64,000 nt of DNA, from NCBI GenBank assembly GCA_977030845.1, contig OZ365114.1, positions 25,296,001-25,360,000 on the forward strand, written 5' to 3'. Below the pieces are notes generated by a model. That model saw only the letters and a program-made list of their open reading frames with translations, made no database searches and had not been told where the DNA came from. The stretch is from Fimbriosthenelais zetlandica. Lineage: Eukaryota. Made by a program: the position numbers and the translations under genes. This document shows positions 1 to 13,507 of the stretch, one piece after another (positions within the stretch are counted from its first letter, which is position 1; every line of letters starts with the position of its first letter).

Positions 1-1520
1 CTAATGACAACCTTTGTGACAATTTGACCATTTTGGCTAAATTTGCAGATGGTCGGTTTTTGAGTGTAGAGATGATGCAGTATGAACATGATTGACTTTA
101 GGTTATGTGTTATGTTTCTAGTTGAAGTTCCTGTTACACGTGCCTTGCTGTGCACTATGTTAACGGCCTCCTTCGCTTCTTATACAATTTAGTTCCCTTT
201 TTATCATTTTTGATATATATATTTTAATTCATATGTATTCATTTCCTATCTTTTGAAATCTCTACATATCTTTTATTCTGTCTTATCTTACAATGTCAAA
301 AAATATTTAGTTCACAATGTGTTATCTGTTGTTTAACATCTACAAAAAACATCTACGATATCATTTATTTTATACGAAAATATAATAGACACATTACCCA
401 GTTTCAACATAGACATAAAGAGTGAACTGTAAGTGTTAGAAACACATCCAAAGGTTAGTCAAAAAGGTGTTAACATCATTCCAAAATAGTCTAATGAGTG
501 ATTGCGTGTTAGGACGTGTGTGTCTTTCTGTCTGTCTAACTATTTGTCTAACCGTCTGTCTGTTACTGTCTTATTTGTTCCTGTCTGTCGTGCATCAAGA
601 GAGGCAGAATTGTTGTGCTCCAATCTAATGGTCAACAAATGTAGCAATTCTTTGTCTCAGAATCATTTATATTATGTTAAATTATTTTTTTGTTTCTTTT
701 CGTTCAATATTAAATAGACAATGTAAAAAGAACGGTAAAGTGATTTCTCTCCTACTCTAGTCAGGGTTGGGGTTTTTGCTGAGTGCATGTCAGCAGGTTC
801 CCGACTCTTAGCCGATATACTATAGTGTAAATGATCCAACACTCTTACACCGTAGTCAGTTCTGCTCCGTCCCACATAAAGGTAAAACTGTAGACATTTT
901 GGGGTTTATAAACTACTGATGCACATGGCATGATGCACCCAAATACAACTCTGACATCTCTATGATAAAATCTGAAACTTTATATTTTATGAACACCTTT
1001 GGCTTACTTTGGCTGTTCCTAACTTGACTGAAAATTTTCCGGCATGGGTTAGACATGCATGCATGCAATCATTTGGACATTAGGCGCGGATTACTTCATA
1101 ATAGGGATGTAATATGATTATATACAGTCATCCTCAAATCGTGTGATTTTCATTCCTTGATTTAATATATTTTGATCCCATTTCTAATCATTTTGTATAC
1201 GTGATGTATATGGATTATAGGGAAGTGTAATTTGTCTCTTTGCTAGCATTCACAAAGCTCATGTACATATTCTAGCTTGTATTAAGATCTCACACACATG
1301 CTTGGCACCGCAATCATTACAGTTAACTTATTATACATACCTGGCCATGCCAACACCCACTCTATTCCATCTGTAGATAGTCTTCCATCTCCAATATTCC
1401 TTCTGACTTATAATACACTTTTGCTTACAGAAGGGACTCTCTTTTGGATGCGGTATTCAAAGGCAGATATATAAGTTAATGATTGGCCATATTTTGTAAA
1501 TAATAACCATTTCTTTACAG

Positions 1521-4500
1521 TTGACTCAAGAGGACCCTGGGAAGAAATGTTTTGACCTCATCTCTAGCTCAAGTGAGTTTTCCTCTCAGTCCAATGATCT
1601 GTATTATATCATCTGCATAGATTTTGAAATTGTCTTTGACTTTCGGTTATCCCATGTTTATATTTTGGTCCATTGTGTTTTTCAGAAAACAGAACATACC
1701 ATTTCCAGGCTGAGGACCAAGAGGATATGGAAGAGTGAGCAAAATAATTTAAACATTGAATTATTCTTTGCTAGTTCCCGCTTTATCTTCCCTAATTAAG
1801 ATAATTCAATGTATAGCAGTGTATAATGTAACCTCTGTGTTTAGGTGGATCTCTGTGTTAAATAACGCTAAGGAGGCAGTATTAATGAAGGCGTTTGGAG
1901 AGTCTACAGGCAGTGAAGTGAACCCTATGAGTCAGAGTGTGAAGGAGTTAACACGGACCATCATACAGGAGACGCGCAGACTTCCTGGAAACAAGATGTG
2001 CTGCGACTGCAGCGCGCCAGGTGAGAACCATTCTTATTGCTCTGCCAGTTTATTATACTTTTGAACATCCACCCCTACCACCCACATTTTTCCCATTATA
2101 TTAATTTTACTGAAAAGTTAAGATTTTGCCACGTATTTTGGTATATCTGTGTGCACAACTCAGCATTAAAATGATAAACTAATCGTGGACCTCTTCATTA
2201 GTCCATTGTGATTTCCCTCAAGGGGCATCCATTTATAGGATGTACTTGCATGATGTGACTAGTTGACATTTTGTCATGCCTGTCATTCATGACATAGTGT
2301 GAGTGTTGAGGGACTTTCTGCCTCTGTTTGCATGTATACATGTGATTTAAATCACTTATAATGGTTTGTGATTGACTCATTTCAGACCCGGAATGGTTGT
2401 CGGTGAATCTGGGAGTGTTGATATGTTTAGAATGCTGTGGTGTTCATAGAGAGATGGGAGTTCACATCTCGCGTACACAGTCTATTGTCATAGATGATCT
2501 TGCCACTTCACAATTACTGGTGAGTACCAACATTTCATCACTTCAACATACATGTCCATTTGTTAACTTAGTCGATTAAGCTTGTCATTTGAACAGGAAG
2601 ATTTTGATGAATTGTAACAGAAAGATTGTATCTTGAGAAGAGCAGTGAAAAATAACTGGAGTAATAATGATTTTTCAGCTCGCCCGTGTTGTAAGTAATC
2701 GTGGATTCAATGATATAATGGAAGCTACACTAGACACTAAACTAAAACCAGTACCCACCAGTACCATGTAAGTCCTCAACAATATCTTACCTTTACCATG
2801 TCCTTTATTAATAATTATCACTCCAGTTTCCACTCGATAAAGTGAAGTATAGTACTATTTTGTGAGCGAGTTGTTAAGACATTGTTTTTGATAAACCCTA
2901 TAGGGATGAAAAGAAGAATTTTATCCGGGCTAAGTATGAGAAGCGGAAGTTTGCCATCGTCACTTGTGCGGACGTTGAGGACCGTAGTCAGGACCTGCGC
3001 CAGGCCATCCTGTCACGGGATATCTTCGCTTTGCTACAAGTCTTCGCTGAGGGTTTTGACTTCATGGACCCCCTCCATGACACTGTAAGTTTTGTTATGT
3101 CAGTCTTCTATGTGTTTGATTTTCCTTTTTCGAGAAACTCTGACTCTCTACAGTCCTGTATGGGATCTGTGTAGCAGAGTCAGGGTCTCTCGGGCTACAT
3201 TTTCCTAGTTTTCATGAATGGTCCAATGGTCTTTGCTCAGTGATGGTAGTCTTTATGCTAGTTTTCTCTCCTCTCTAGGAAAACAATGAGACTGCGCTAC
3301 ACATGGCTATAAGACAAGAAGATGGCACCTCACTACCTCTGGTAGATTTTATCATCCAAAATAGTAACAGGTATGCAATATTTCCTTTGAATCTTTGCCA
3401 GAAAAGATGTATCACTTCTTAAAGGGGAAAACACTGTACCATTTAAGGTTTTATGAACAAAAAGAACTTGAATTGATTACTTATCCTGAAATACATTTGG
3501 TGAAAAAATATAGGATATTTAGCAAGTTATTTCAAGAAAACAAATGTGATAGCGAATGTATATGGGATGTATTTGGTCAAAAGATGAATATTTCTGTAAA
3601 GTTTTGTGTCTTGTACATTTCAGCCAGCACCTGTCTCGGGGGGATGCTGATGGTTTGACCCCGCTTCATGTCTGCGCCCTCTACCAGCAGACTGAGTGTA
3701 TGAAGCTCTTACTGAGAGTACGACCTGACCTGGCTGACATAGAGAACTGTGAGGGACAGACAGCTCTAGAGATAGCCCGAGAGATGTGTAACGATACATG
3801 CGTGGAACTGCTCAACCACGCCATAGATGGCAAAACAGAACTCTTTGAAAATGTCAACATTGACTGGAACCTCATATCTGTAAGTTTTTTGTGTTTTTTG
3901 TTGAGGACAATTTGTATATACCATATATAGCTTTTGTGAACTCGGGTATGAACCTTTAATCACTCGAAATACTGTATCAGACCTCGCGTAATGATTGTAT
4001 AATATATTTACAGGATGATCATCTGCTGTATGATGCTGTGGATTACAGTGATGACGACCTTGACAGTGGTGCTATGGTGAGTCCAATTAACTGTGGCAGA
4101 GACAAACCCAAGTAGTTTTTCGGTTGCGCCTCGATTTTTTATGGACTTTTTATATACTTTTTATACACTTTTCATAAGCAGGGCAACGCTTCGGTGTGTC
4201 TGCACCATAAGACAAGCATTTTCATACTTTTATTTAGTCATGTGTTATTTTATTTTAAAGTTAATGACCTGTACTAATAAGCGATGATTTACGTTGTCAG
4301 ACCCCGGACCGGCGTGCCCGTTCCCGCCCTGGTAGCCTGGTCATGGCGTCAGAGTCCACCATGCCTTTACCTACCACCTTACCCCGTGAACGTTCATATA
4401 CCGGAGAGAGCATCAACAAAACTCTCAACCCAAGTCTTCCACCTCCTCCACCTCCACAAGCCAACAAACCCAAATGTGAGCATCCCTATCATACTAATCT

Positions 4501-7500
4501 TACTACAAATGATTCCACCCAAAATGTGGACCTTCAGGTCTTAACATTGATCATTTTTGTAAAGAAAAAATGTCTTATTTTTTTCCTAATACCGGTGGAA
4601 AAATGGTACTCAAGAAGGGTAACAATTTGTGTTCTGGACCCCTAGGATGAAACCCTCGCCACCTAACCTTAATATTAATCATTTTGTTAATCACCTACAG
4701 ATTCCACTTCATCTATTAGTGGGCAAAGCACTTACATCAGTACGGCGGCAGCAATGTGTACTCTGCCTAAGAAGAAGGCCCCCGCCCCGCCCCCGCCCAC
4801 CTCGGGTCACGGTCACACACGTAACCCATCTGACCCGTGCCTCACCCTGCCCCGGGTCAGTCATGTACGTACACCGTCTGACCCGCCCCCTCTACCTTCA
4901 AAGATGGCGGGTATGTATGTTACTTATCTAACCCAGAACCAAACCTTTGGTATATATTTCTTGATTAAAAAGCATGGCACAAAATACTTCAGAAAATGTA
5001 GACCTAAACTTATAAGTTTTCTTTTTATGTATCTCGTGTTTTTATTTGTATTTTTTCTGTGTATACTATGGATCTGTTATCCGAAATATAGTATTGAATT
5101 GATTTGAACTTCAGAAAATATTATTAGCACTTTTTGCTTGTACATTTATGTATCAGGTAATATAGATAATATTTTTAATCGAAAAACCTGCAAAACCCTT
5201 CAATTATGTAGGATATTGCGATGCGATACAGGTTATTTTGCGCCTTTTAAAGTCTATTGTTAAAATAGTTTTGATAAATGGATAATTAAAATATTTTGCT
5301 TGCTCTTGAAGGTGGAAAACTTGTGCTACCTCCGCCACCAGAATTCAGAAGTGAGGATCTAGATGGAGGGTAAGTATTTTAGTAATGTTAAATGATATAT
5401 AATGTTTCTGATCCTGAACTAAGATTTCTAAAATTACATTGAAAAGTTGTCTTCAGTCAGAATTTACTTCCAGGTTAGCCCCATGGGTGTCAGAGGATAG
5501 ACTTGTTGTGTACTTTCGGTAATTAAGTAACAGCATGGATCTCCTAGCTACTGAGATTATTTTGTGTATGCTAAATTCATGACAGAAAAATCTGATGCAT
5601 TCATACCCCAAAGCATGTCCCAGATTGGGGGGGTTTTCCAGATAGCACTGAGATTGCATACCATTTGGATGGACCGTCGAAATGTGATTAATGAAAATAT
5701 CATTTATATGTGCATGATCTCAAAATTGGAAACTGAGATTGAATCGAGTTAGCCAATTTATGAAGGGACAAACGGCATTACCTGGGAATTTGATTTCTTG
5801 AAATTCACCCAACATAATGAACAATCTTGTAATGCATGTATCACTCTTCAGCTCAAAAGAAAGCTATACATCTGATGAGCTTTGCCAGGCCTGAACAATT
5901 TCCGCATAGGGAATTTTCCTTTGTTTCAAAGACCATTCATATTTTTGCATTTCATAAGAACCTACAACAATTTACATGTATTGTGAACTGAGAATCTGCT
6001 TCAAAAATTCTGTTATCTTCTTGATTTGACTCAATGATATTCCGCTCTGAATGGACACTTGGCTTTCTATTCCAGTCCTCGTCCCTCAGCTCAAGCTCGG
6101 TCAATCCGGACACCCGATACTAATTTAAACCAAGGATTAGGAGGTATGCTGATTTATATTAATCATAATTGTTGAGACATATACCATATGTACATTGAAT
6201 TTACCACTGTCCTGAATGGAACAAGATTCGTTGCTGTGAATTAAATGTGTTTCTTGTATTGCTTCATTGACAGCTCAAGTGACTAACCCAGCCTATGACA
6301 CAGTGAGAATGATCAACAATAACCGTATACCTGACAGTACACGCAGTGCCAGTCCTCAGATGTCAAAGATGGCCATGTTTGGTGACAGTCGTCAGTCGAG
6401 TACCAGCTCTGAGAGTAGTCGCTACAGTAACCCTATCCCCAGTAAAGTCATGAACCCGGTGTACGAGCTCCAGACCAAACGACAGCGACGAACCAGCTCT
6501 GATGATGGTAGCCTCACAAGTCTAGGCTCAGGCAAAGTCAACACTATATATGAACAAGTGATACCAATGAATAAACCTAACCCAGTGTATGCCGAGTTAC
6601 AACCCCGAGCTACCACCACCGACACAGACCTGTCAACGTCACCCAGTAGTGGAGGGATGCCACTGACACCAGTACCTCAACCTAGTGCCACCTCCCCAGT
6701 CCCGGCAAAAGACAAACAGTCAGCAGCGAAAATCCAGAGACCCAGATCGGCAGGTTCTGATAATAACTACAAACCACCCATAACAGCTCCTAAACCTAAA
6801 CTAGCCGCTAAGCCAGCCTCGGGGTCCTGGGTGAGACCAGAGAAACGCTACAGTACCAGCTCAGCCCTCAGTATGGACTCAACCCGCTCTGAGAACAGAA
6901 TGAGTGTAGAGTCCATCAAGTCTGATCGCCGGATCAGTACAGGATCATCAAGATCAGAAAACAGGATGAGTTCAGGATCTGACAGTAGTCAGAACTATCA
7001 ACTAGGAGCTAGTATCAGTCCTGGTTCAGGCATCAGTAACCCAGCCCTCAGTGCTATACCTGTCATGGAGGGCAATGCCAAGGTCATCAACCTAGCTCAG
7101 TTCAAGGTGAATGGACAGTCAAGGTCAAGTGACAGTCTGGAGTCGACTGATTCGAGCGGAAGTGCTCATAATAAACTAGCTTCTTCTGATCCCGCACCTA
7201 TACCAACACCAAGACAAAAGGTCAGTCTTACCCTTTAATTCCTTTAAAGTTAGCGATCTTTACATTATATGGACAGCATAAGAATAGAGCAAGATCCTTA
7301 CTTCAATGCCACTTCTTGACCTAAAAAATATAAAATAAATTAACTTAAATATTTTCACATGCACTAGACATTCACTCCATCTATACATTGATTTAATGAT
7401 GTTTCATTTGTTCTGCAGAGGAAAGGTAAGCAGCGTCAGCAGCGGCAGTGCCGGGCGCTCTATGACTGTGACGCGGACAATGAGGACGAACTGTCGTTTA

Positions 7501-7972
7501 AAGAAGGAGAATATATAATAGTACTACGGGAAGACGAGGAGGACTGGTGGGTGAGTACACAACTTTAACTCTAAAAGGCATACCAGGTCACTAAAGTTAG
7601 TAGCATGTTTCTGCAGGCACCCAGAAAATTGCAGTTCCAAATTATGAAATTTGACCCATGTAGGCCAGTTATTTGGTACTCTAAGTTGCTCAGCTTGGTT
7701 CACTAGTCTATAAAATATGTGGTAAAATTGGCACTCAAAATGACGCAAAACTGTTGGTCGTTCAGACCATCTAAATGGACAACCAGGTCGTCCACTTTTA
7801 CTTTCGGTCGTCTCGGTCGCCTACACTATCCATCACTGTCCTCGGCATATAGGTATACTTGAGACATTCGTCTGACGTTGACATGTGATTTTTGCAGGAG
7901 GGACACATTGTAGGCCACCCTGAGCGGAGAGGGATGTTCCCAGCCACTTTTGTAGACATTCTAACTGAATGA
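1521..7972 (+). CDS. ASAP1: ASAP-family ArfGAP (end of PH, ArfGAP, ankyrin, Pro-rich region, SH3); 5' exons lie outside the window
   Basis: 16 GT-AG exons in one continuous frame (919 codons incl. stop): 1521-1572, 1686-1734, 1845-2020, 2386-2519, 2679-2767, 2904-3084, 3279-3370, 3624-3879, 4014-4076, 4301-4475, 4701-4910, 5312-5369, 6076-6143, 6274-7220, 7419-7550, 7898-7972. Motifs: [19 protein letters not shown] (PH end), CCDC...[27 protein letters not shown] (ArfGAP Zn finger), ETALHMAI and TPLHVCALY (ankyrin), [19 protein letters not shown]...WWEG...GMFPATFV (SH3). Symbol denotes the ASAP1/2/3 co-orthologue. Confidence 0.93.
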
Positions 7973-10900
7973 TAATCAGTTAGATCAGCAGTTAGTATGC
8001 TACAGAGAGGAGAGAGCTGGAAGCAAGCACTGCTCAGCCCACTACCCACACATCCTACTCCTCCCCCCACCACCACCACCACCCACCAAGCCAGCTCTCA
8101 TTCCAATCATCGCTACCAGTCAGTGAAAAAATTGACGGGCTTTTTCATTGATCTGATGCTGCCTACTTGTATAACTGTGGCGAGGCAGTTCAAGCATCGT
8201 GAACTGCACGCAGACAGCTACCAATATGTACTATATATGTGTGCTGGTCACATATTCACACTCTTCTCAGATAGCTTAACATCATTAAGATCACCTAATA
8301 GCTGTTTATATGGATTAACACATTAACACACTGACCTAGTCCTCTCCCTCTTCTTCTACAAAAACTTCCAATGTACAGACTTTTTGCATCGTAAATGAAC
8401 TTGATGACAAGTCGGGATTTGTGAAAGCATGGTGTATACTTCTGATGAGTGAAGTCTGAAGGGAAAAGTCCCCTGAATTCTCAATACAGTACTTGCATGG
8501 CTTAAGCACAGCATTGGTTGCAGAAACGTAAGCCAGAAAGGCTACATCAATGTGAATGCTTTCCCCCTGAATTGAATTTTGAATTGATTCAGCTCGCATG
8601 AAATTAAGGGAAGCAACGACCTTATGTCTAGTAGTTATTAATTTAGTCTTAATTTGTATATTTATCAATCACAAACGTTCAAGTTACAGAAACCCGTTTG
8701 GGAAATGACAATAGTTCAGTGCATGATTGCTCTGTAAGTTCTATATTATATACTTGTGAGTATATTGGCATTTATAGGAGATGCCCCAAAATGACTGCCA
8801 GAGTTACAAACAAATCTGGGTTCTCCACCTTTTCATATGTTAGGAGTTTGGTAAAGAATATGGCTTACTTGTTGTATATGAGTTCTTTTTGACACATAAA
8901 ATATATATAGACTTCACATTCCATGTTTTATGGATATTTTTTGTTTAAATTTTCAGTTCTATGCACAAAATTGTCCCATAAATCTATTGTATTATGATTA
9001 TTTGGTGGAAAGCCATCGTCAATTATTGCTGTAGATGCTTCACTGGCCAGGATTTGTTGTGTTCGATTACGAACCATTAAAAGCCATTGTGTGTTCACTG
9101 CTATACATATAGACCAGGCCGGAAAATACAGGATTTGTCTAAATACTTCACACCATGAAATGCTTAATATTCATTTGTTTTGCTATTTTCTCAGAGTATT
9201 TTTCAGATTATTTTTATCACACACCTTTATTGTTTTTTAATCATATTCAGCAATGTTGGGAGTTAAAATCTGCTAGTTTCGTCATGGATATAAGTACAGA
9301 ACATTAGAATTGCTATTGTTTAATATCAGACTTGGTAGTCATGGCCAGACATGAGTATTTGTAGAGTATATAAAGTATATTTAGCATTTAGAATCGTGAT
9401 TAATTGTGAGTACCCACTACGACATCAGTTTATGGAGAAACTCTCCCTTCACTTGGAATTCAGATGTATGTGTGTAGAGTAAATGAATTAACATTGACTA
9501 GCGTAGAATCTGTCCTTATATGCTTAGCCATTGGTGCTATGCCTCTTAATCAATTCCTTTTCTATGTGAACAAAGTGGTTTCATATTATACGAAACAATA
9601 TTTGTGATGATATTCATAATCAAGTCTGTGAACTTCCACTCTGAAAATTTGAAAAAAAAAGTTTGTGTATATTAAGATGATATTATTGTCAATATCAGAT
9701 TTATTGTACAAGTGTCATTGTAAAGCATGTATCTATGTAGGTAAGATTTTTTCCGTGTGTAAATTGGTGCCAAATTTTAAAGATGTACATAGAGTGTGTG
9801 GACGTGTGTGTAGATGTCTTGAGTATGGCTTGGGGATAAGACCTTTATGCATGTTTTACATGGTAAGGCATACTGTGACAGTAGTAATGTTTAATATCAT
9901 ATAATAAGTATCGCACTAAGAAGATTTCATCATTTATAAATTCTACAAGTAACAATTTATGATAAAGTCTTAGTAACGAGTAGCGTCGGATTTAGTGGGG
10001 GAGGCTGTCCTAGCCGACCTGGGTTAGTCCCATCAGTGGTCAAATAATCACATCCATTCAGCGATGATTGGGGTTAAAAAGAGAAAATCTAGGGATATAT
10101 TGGTCCTCGAACCGACCTATTATCATGTCTCATGAGTGATATTTATTTACTCCTGGATGTTTTAGAATTCCATTTAGAACTTGGCCTCATTCAGTGTTTT
10201 CTGTATCATGGTAGCTGAAGGTTGGACCGTCTGTTTCAGTAGGGGGCTACATTATAATTATATTGTTATTTTTTCTCATCAGCCTATGTGAGTACATTTA
10301 ATTGATACCAATTTCATTTTTTCTTATCAGAAGTGACCTCTGATATTGTTGATAAGTATTAATTGGTTTATAAACTGATGATTGGGTTTATGCTCTTCCT
10401 TCTCTACTCAATACATCCCATTGTGACTAGGTGTTATTCATATATTCATATGTTTTACTGCATTTAATACAGACCCATATTTATTTTTTCATCTAAATTA
10501 TATTATCGTTGATTATTTTTTCTATTTCACTACGTACATATTATACCTCTTGAAATGCTGAGTTCCCGACGCCTGACGATTAAAAGAACTCGCCTAAATC
10601 TCATCTTTGACTAATGACGTAGAATAATCTATTTTCTACATGCCTGTACAAACAATATTCATATTAGATGTAGGTACATTTTTATGTGCTTTTCCTAACC
10701 ACAGCGCCGAATAGGAGTGACATCTTGATTGTGTTTCATTTTACACTTGTAGATGAATTTTTTGGTGATGTGAATGTGAATAATTTCTCTGCAACAACAC
10801 AAGTAGGCCTTCTTGAATCTATACAGTTTCACTATGCCACATGTCAGTACTTTCTTCATACACATTTCTAGCACAACCCACTATGAGAGAAATAACTCCT

Positions 10901-11561
10901 CTTGATTGAATTTTCCAACGAGTTAACAGATATTTAGATAGTATAATTTGTATTTAAATAATGAGTAATTATAATTCCAGATATATTGTAAATCAATGAA
11001 TTATGTCAGACCATTCCCAAAACTTTCCAGATAAAATATATTATAATCACTGGAGTCAACTTTAGAATAGATTCATTGTCAACATAGTAAATTCAGATTT
11101 GCATTTAACTTTTTTCAAGAGTTTCCATCAGAGTTTATTCGAGGTTTCAGTATGGATTTCATCAGTAAAGACATCTTGTGTACCAATGTCTCCAATAGGA
11201 ATGTTTCTCTTGGATAAAATAATCTTCCTTCTGAAGCACCTAAATATTGAGAAAGGCTAAGTTGCACATTTGTCTCTGTTAATCTCTCGATGGATGTTTT
11301 TCTTGTTTCACACTCAGAATCAATAAATAAGCAAGTGTATAAGATATTATGTTTTTGCCTTTAATAACATCTTATAACATCAATTATATCACAGATATGT
11401 AAAGTTCAAAAGTGTGGATGTATGTACATGACTGGTTTCTGTTCATATTATTTCGATGTTATACATCTCCATATGTAAGTCTTTCACATTCATGACATTT
11501 TCTTCTTGACTTGTTTGGAAAAAAATATCAATGCATGTAGAAAGATATTGGTTATAATAAC

Positions 11562-12155
11562 CTATTCAAAATCTGTAATTGGTACTGCTCGGACGCCCAC
11601 AGTTTGATAATTCTTCAGGTTAAATTTAACATTGATTTCCTTGATGTTAGGAAGGTCCACCTCGGTGACTGACCTGGGGTAGCTGACCAGGTCAATGTGC
11701 TGAGAGACCGGAGCTACTGACACTATGGCGTTATCATTGGTCAGTATCTGTACGTCTATACTCTTGACGTCCGGCAGGGATAGATGGGGTGGGTGCTGAG
11801 ATCTAGTATTATGTCCCCTGGATGTGATACCATCCTGAAGTGGTGGGAACCTGGGAGTGCGGGGGGTTCTCATGGATGCCCTTACTGGTGCTTGCCTTGG
11901 GGTCCATGGTTTAGGGAAGTATGATGAGTCGGTATTTCTTGATTCCCTGGTATTGTAAGTACCGTGGGATACCGGTACCGGTACCTTCTTGGCCATGCCG
12001 TACCACTGGCCGTATTCGTTCTGGGTGGTACGTACGCGTTCACTATTTGAGATACGTGAACGCTCACGTTCCCGGTCAGGTAGATGGGTGAGGTAGGAAC
12101 GTTTCCATTGTGGATGGAAACTTCCATATGTGTTACTAATAGTGTCCCAGTTCAT
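11562..12155 (-). CDS. Uncharacterised 197-aa R/P/S/T-rich ORF, probably the last exon of a spliced minus-strand gene
   Basis: Long ORF preceded by a good acceptor (tttttgtacag, exon start 12176). Upstream minus-strand exon 12572-12431 (tatag/gtgag) and a donor at 13262. No recognisable domain; coding joins unresolved. Confidence 0.4.
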   Translation of the reverse strand: MNWDTISNTYGSFHPQWKRSYLTHLPDRERERSRISNSERVRTTQNEYGQWYGMAKKVPVPVSHGTYNTRESRNTDSSYFPKPWTPRQAPVRASMRTPRTPRFPPLQDGITSRGHNTRSQHPPHLSLPDVKSIDVQILTNDNAIVSVAPVSQHIDLVSYPRSVTEVDLPNIKEINVKFNLKNYQTVGVRAVPITDFE

Positions 12156-13262
12156 ACTGATGCTCTTTGATCTATCCTGTACAAAAATATGACTTCAGAA
12201 AATTTCCAAAATATATTGAGAAGCCATAGATCTAGGCCTAATATGTCATGAATATAATATATTTTATAAATAGAGTAAGACTATGTTTAGGCCTATCATA
12301 CTAACGTTAGTACAGGTCCTACGTGATATCATATAAGCATAGGCTACAATCAAAACTTTGAAATCCTATTTAAGGAAGATTGAAATGAAAATATGGTCTC
12401 TTGTAAAATATCAAAAGTACCAGTACTCACCTCAGCTGGCTTATCCACCTTTGACTCAGTGTTGTAGGCTTATGGTGTGTTGCATCCCTCCATTGGTTAC
12501 TCCAGTCTTTATTGCCTGACCATACTCGGGGTCAGTGAAAGAGCTCTGTGGTTTTAATCCCTCCACCACCACCTATAGGCACACATGGGGAATAACGAAA
12601 ACACATGTAGGCCTGTGGTCAAATACAGATTAACACAAGACTCTGAACAGATTTAGGATTAGGACACTCGCCACCTGTTTTATCAAGTTCACTGCTAGAG
12701 TTAGGTTTGGAAATCTTTGAGCGGGGATTTAATATCAAAAGCTTATAAGTTATGTCATTGCCTTTTGCTTGGTATAATATTGACCTGGAAGTCTCCTCTA
12801 CCTCTATGGTATAGCAGGTAGATCCACCTGATCTTGGTAGAAGATTAAAGGTTATACTTTAAGTTATAGGCCATATCATTGGCCATTGCCCTGGCCCTTG
12901 GCCTTGGATTGGTACGCCGTACGGTAGCCCCCGGCGGTAGCCTAACATTTTGGCTCATTTTTTTTGGCATTCCAATGGGTTTTCCCTTTAAGTTTTTACA
13001 ATCTAAATCGACAACAAATTTCATAATCCTTTTGGCGTGGTTCTCCTTTCTTTCTTTTTTTGTTCCATCTACCTTAGACAAGTTTAATAGACCTTGCTAC
13101 CATCCACACCACGACACAGGTGAGTGAAAAAGCTTGAATGTTGAATCTGAAAAGGGGGCGGGGCTCGCACGTGGGGGCTCGGGGGCCTTTTGAAAGTTAG
13201 ATACAGTTCACCAGCTAAACAAATTAAGATTCTAGGGGCATTATTTAATCCAAATTACTCAC

Positions 13263-13306
13263 CGGTAAATATGTTGGTATTGGAGGTTTTTATATTGGAA
13301 TGACAT
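13263..13306 (-). other. Candidate first exon of the minus-strand gene (MSFQYKNLQYQHIY, donor cg/gtgagt)
   Basis: ATG at 13306, strong donor at 13262, next acceptor ccttttcag at 13147-13148; lies just beyond a GC-rich promoter-like patch. Confidence 0.3.
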
Positions 13307-13507
13307 TCTTCAAAATTGGGAACTTCCGAAGATAAAAAGCTTGCGCGCCTGACAAAGCTGTGCGCGCCATCAGCTTCCCACCGGAAGCGCGTGTAGCCAG
13401 GTCAGGCTTGGCGACCCTAGCAACTCACCAAGCCATGCCTTGGTTACCCGCGCCAAGCGGCAGCTTATAACCATAACTCTCCCACCGTCTCAATCACAGC
13501 AGCAAGC
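13307..13507. promoter_or_regulatory. Putative bidirectional promoter between the minus-strand gene and the THEG-like gene
   Basis: CpG-rich patch with gcgcgcc twice, ETS-like ccggaag at 13381-13387 and RFX X-box-like GCGACCCTAGCAAC at 13411-13424, between two divergent ATGs about 200 bp apart. Confidence 0.5.

Noticed and set aside
8336-8668. 110-aa minus-strand ORF
   Set aside because: Lies antisense in the probable ASAP 3'UTR, starts at a non-ATG codon, has no motif or splice support.
12879-13127. 82-aa hydrophobic plus-strand ORF ending at a cag/gtgagt donor
   Set aside because: Antisense to the lysine-rich minus ORF, which would by itself produce Phe/Leu richness; no promoter or downstream exon found.
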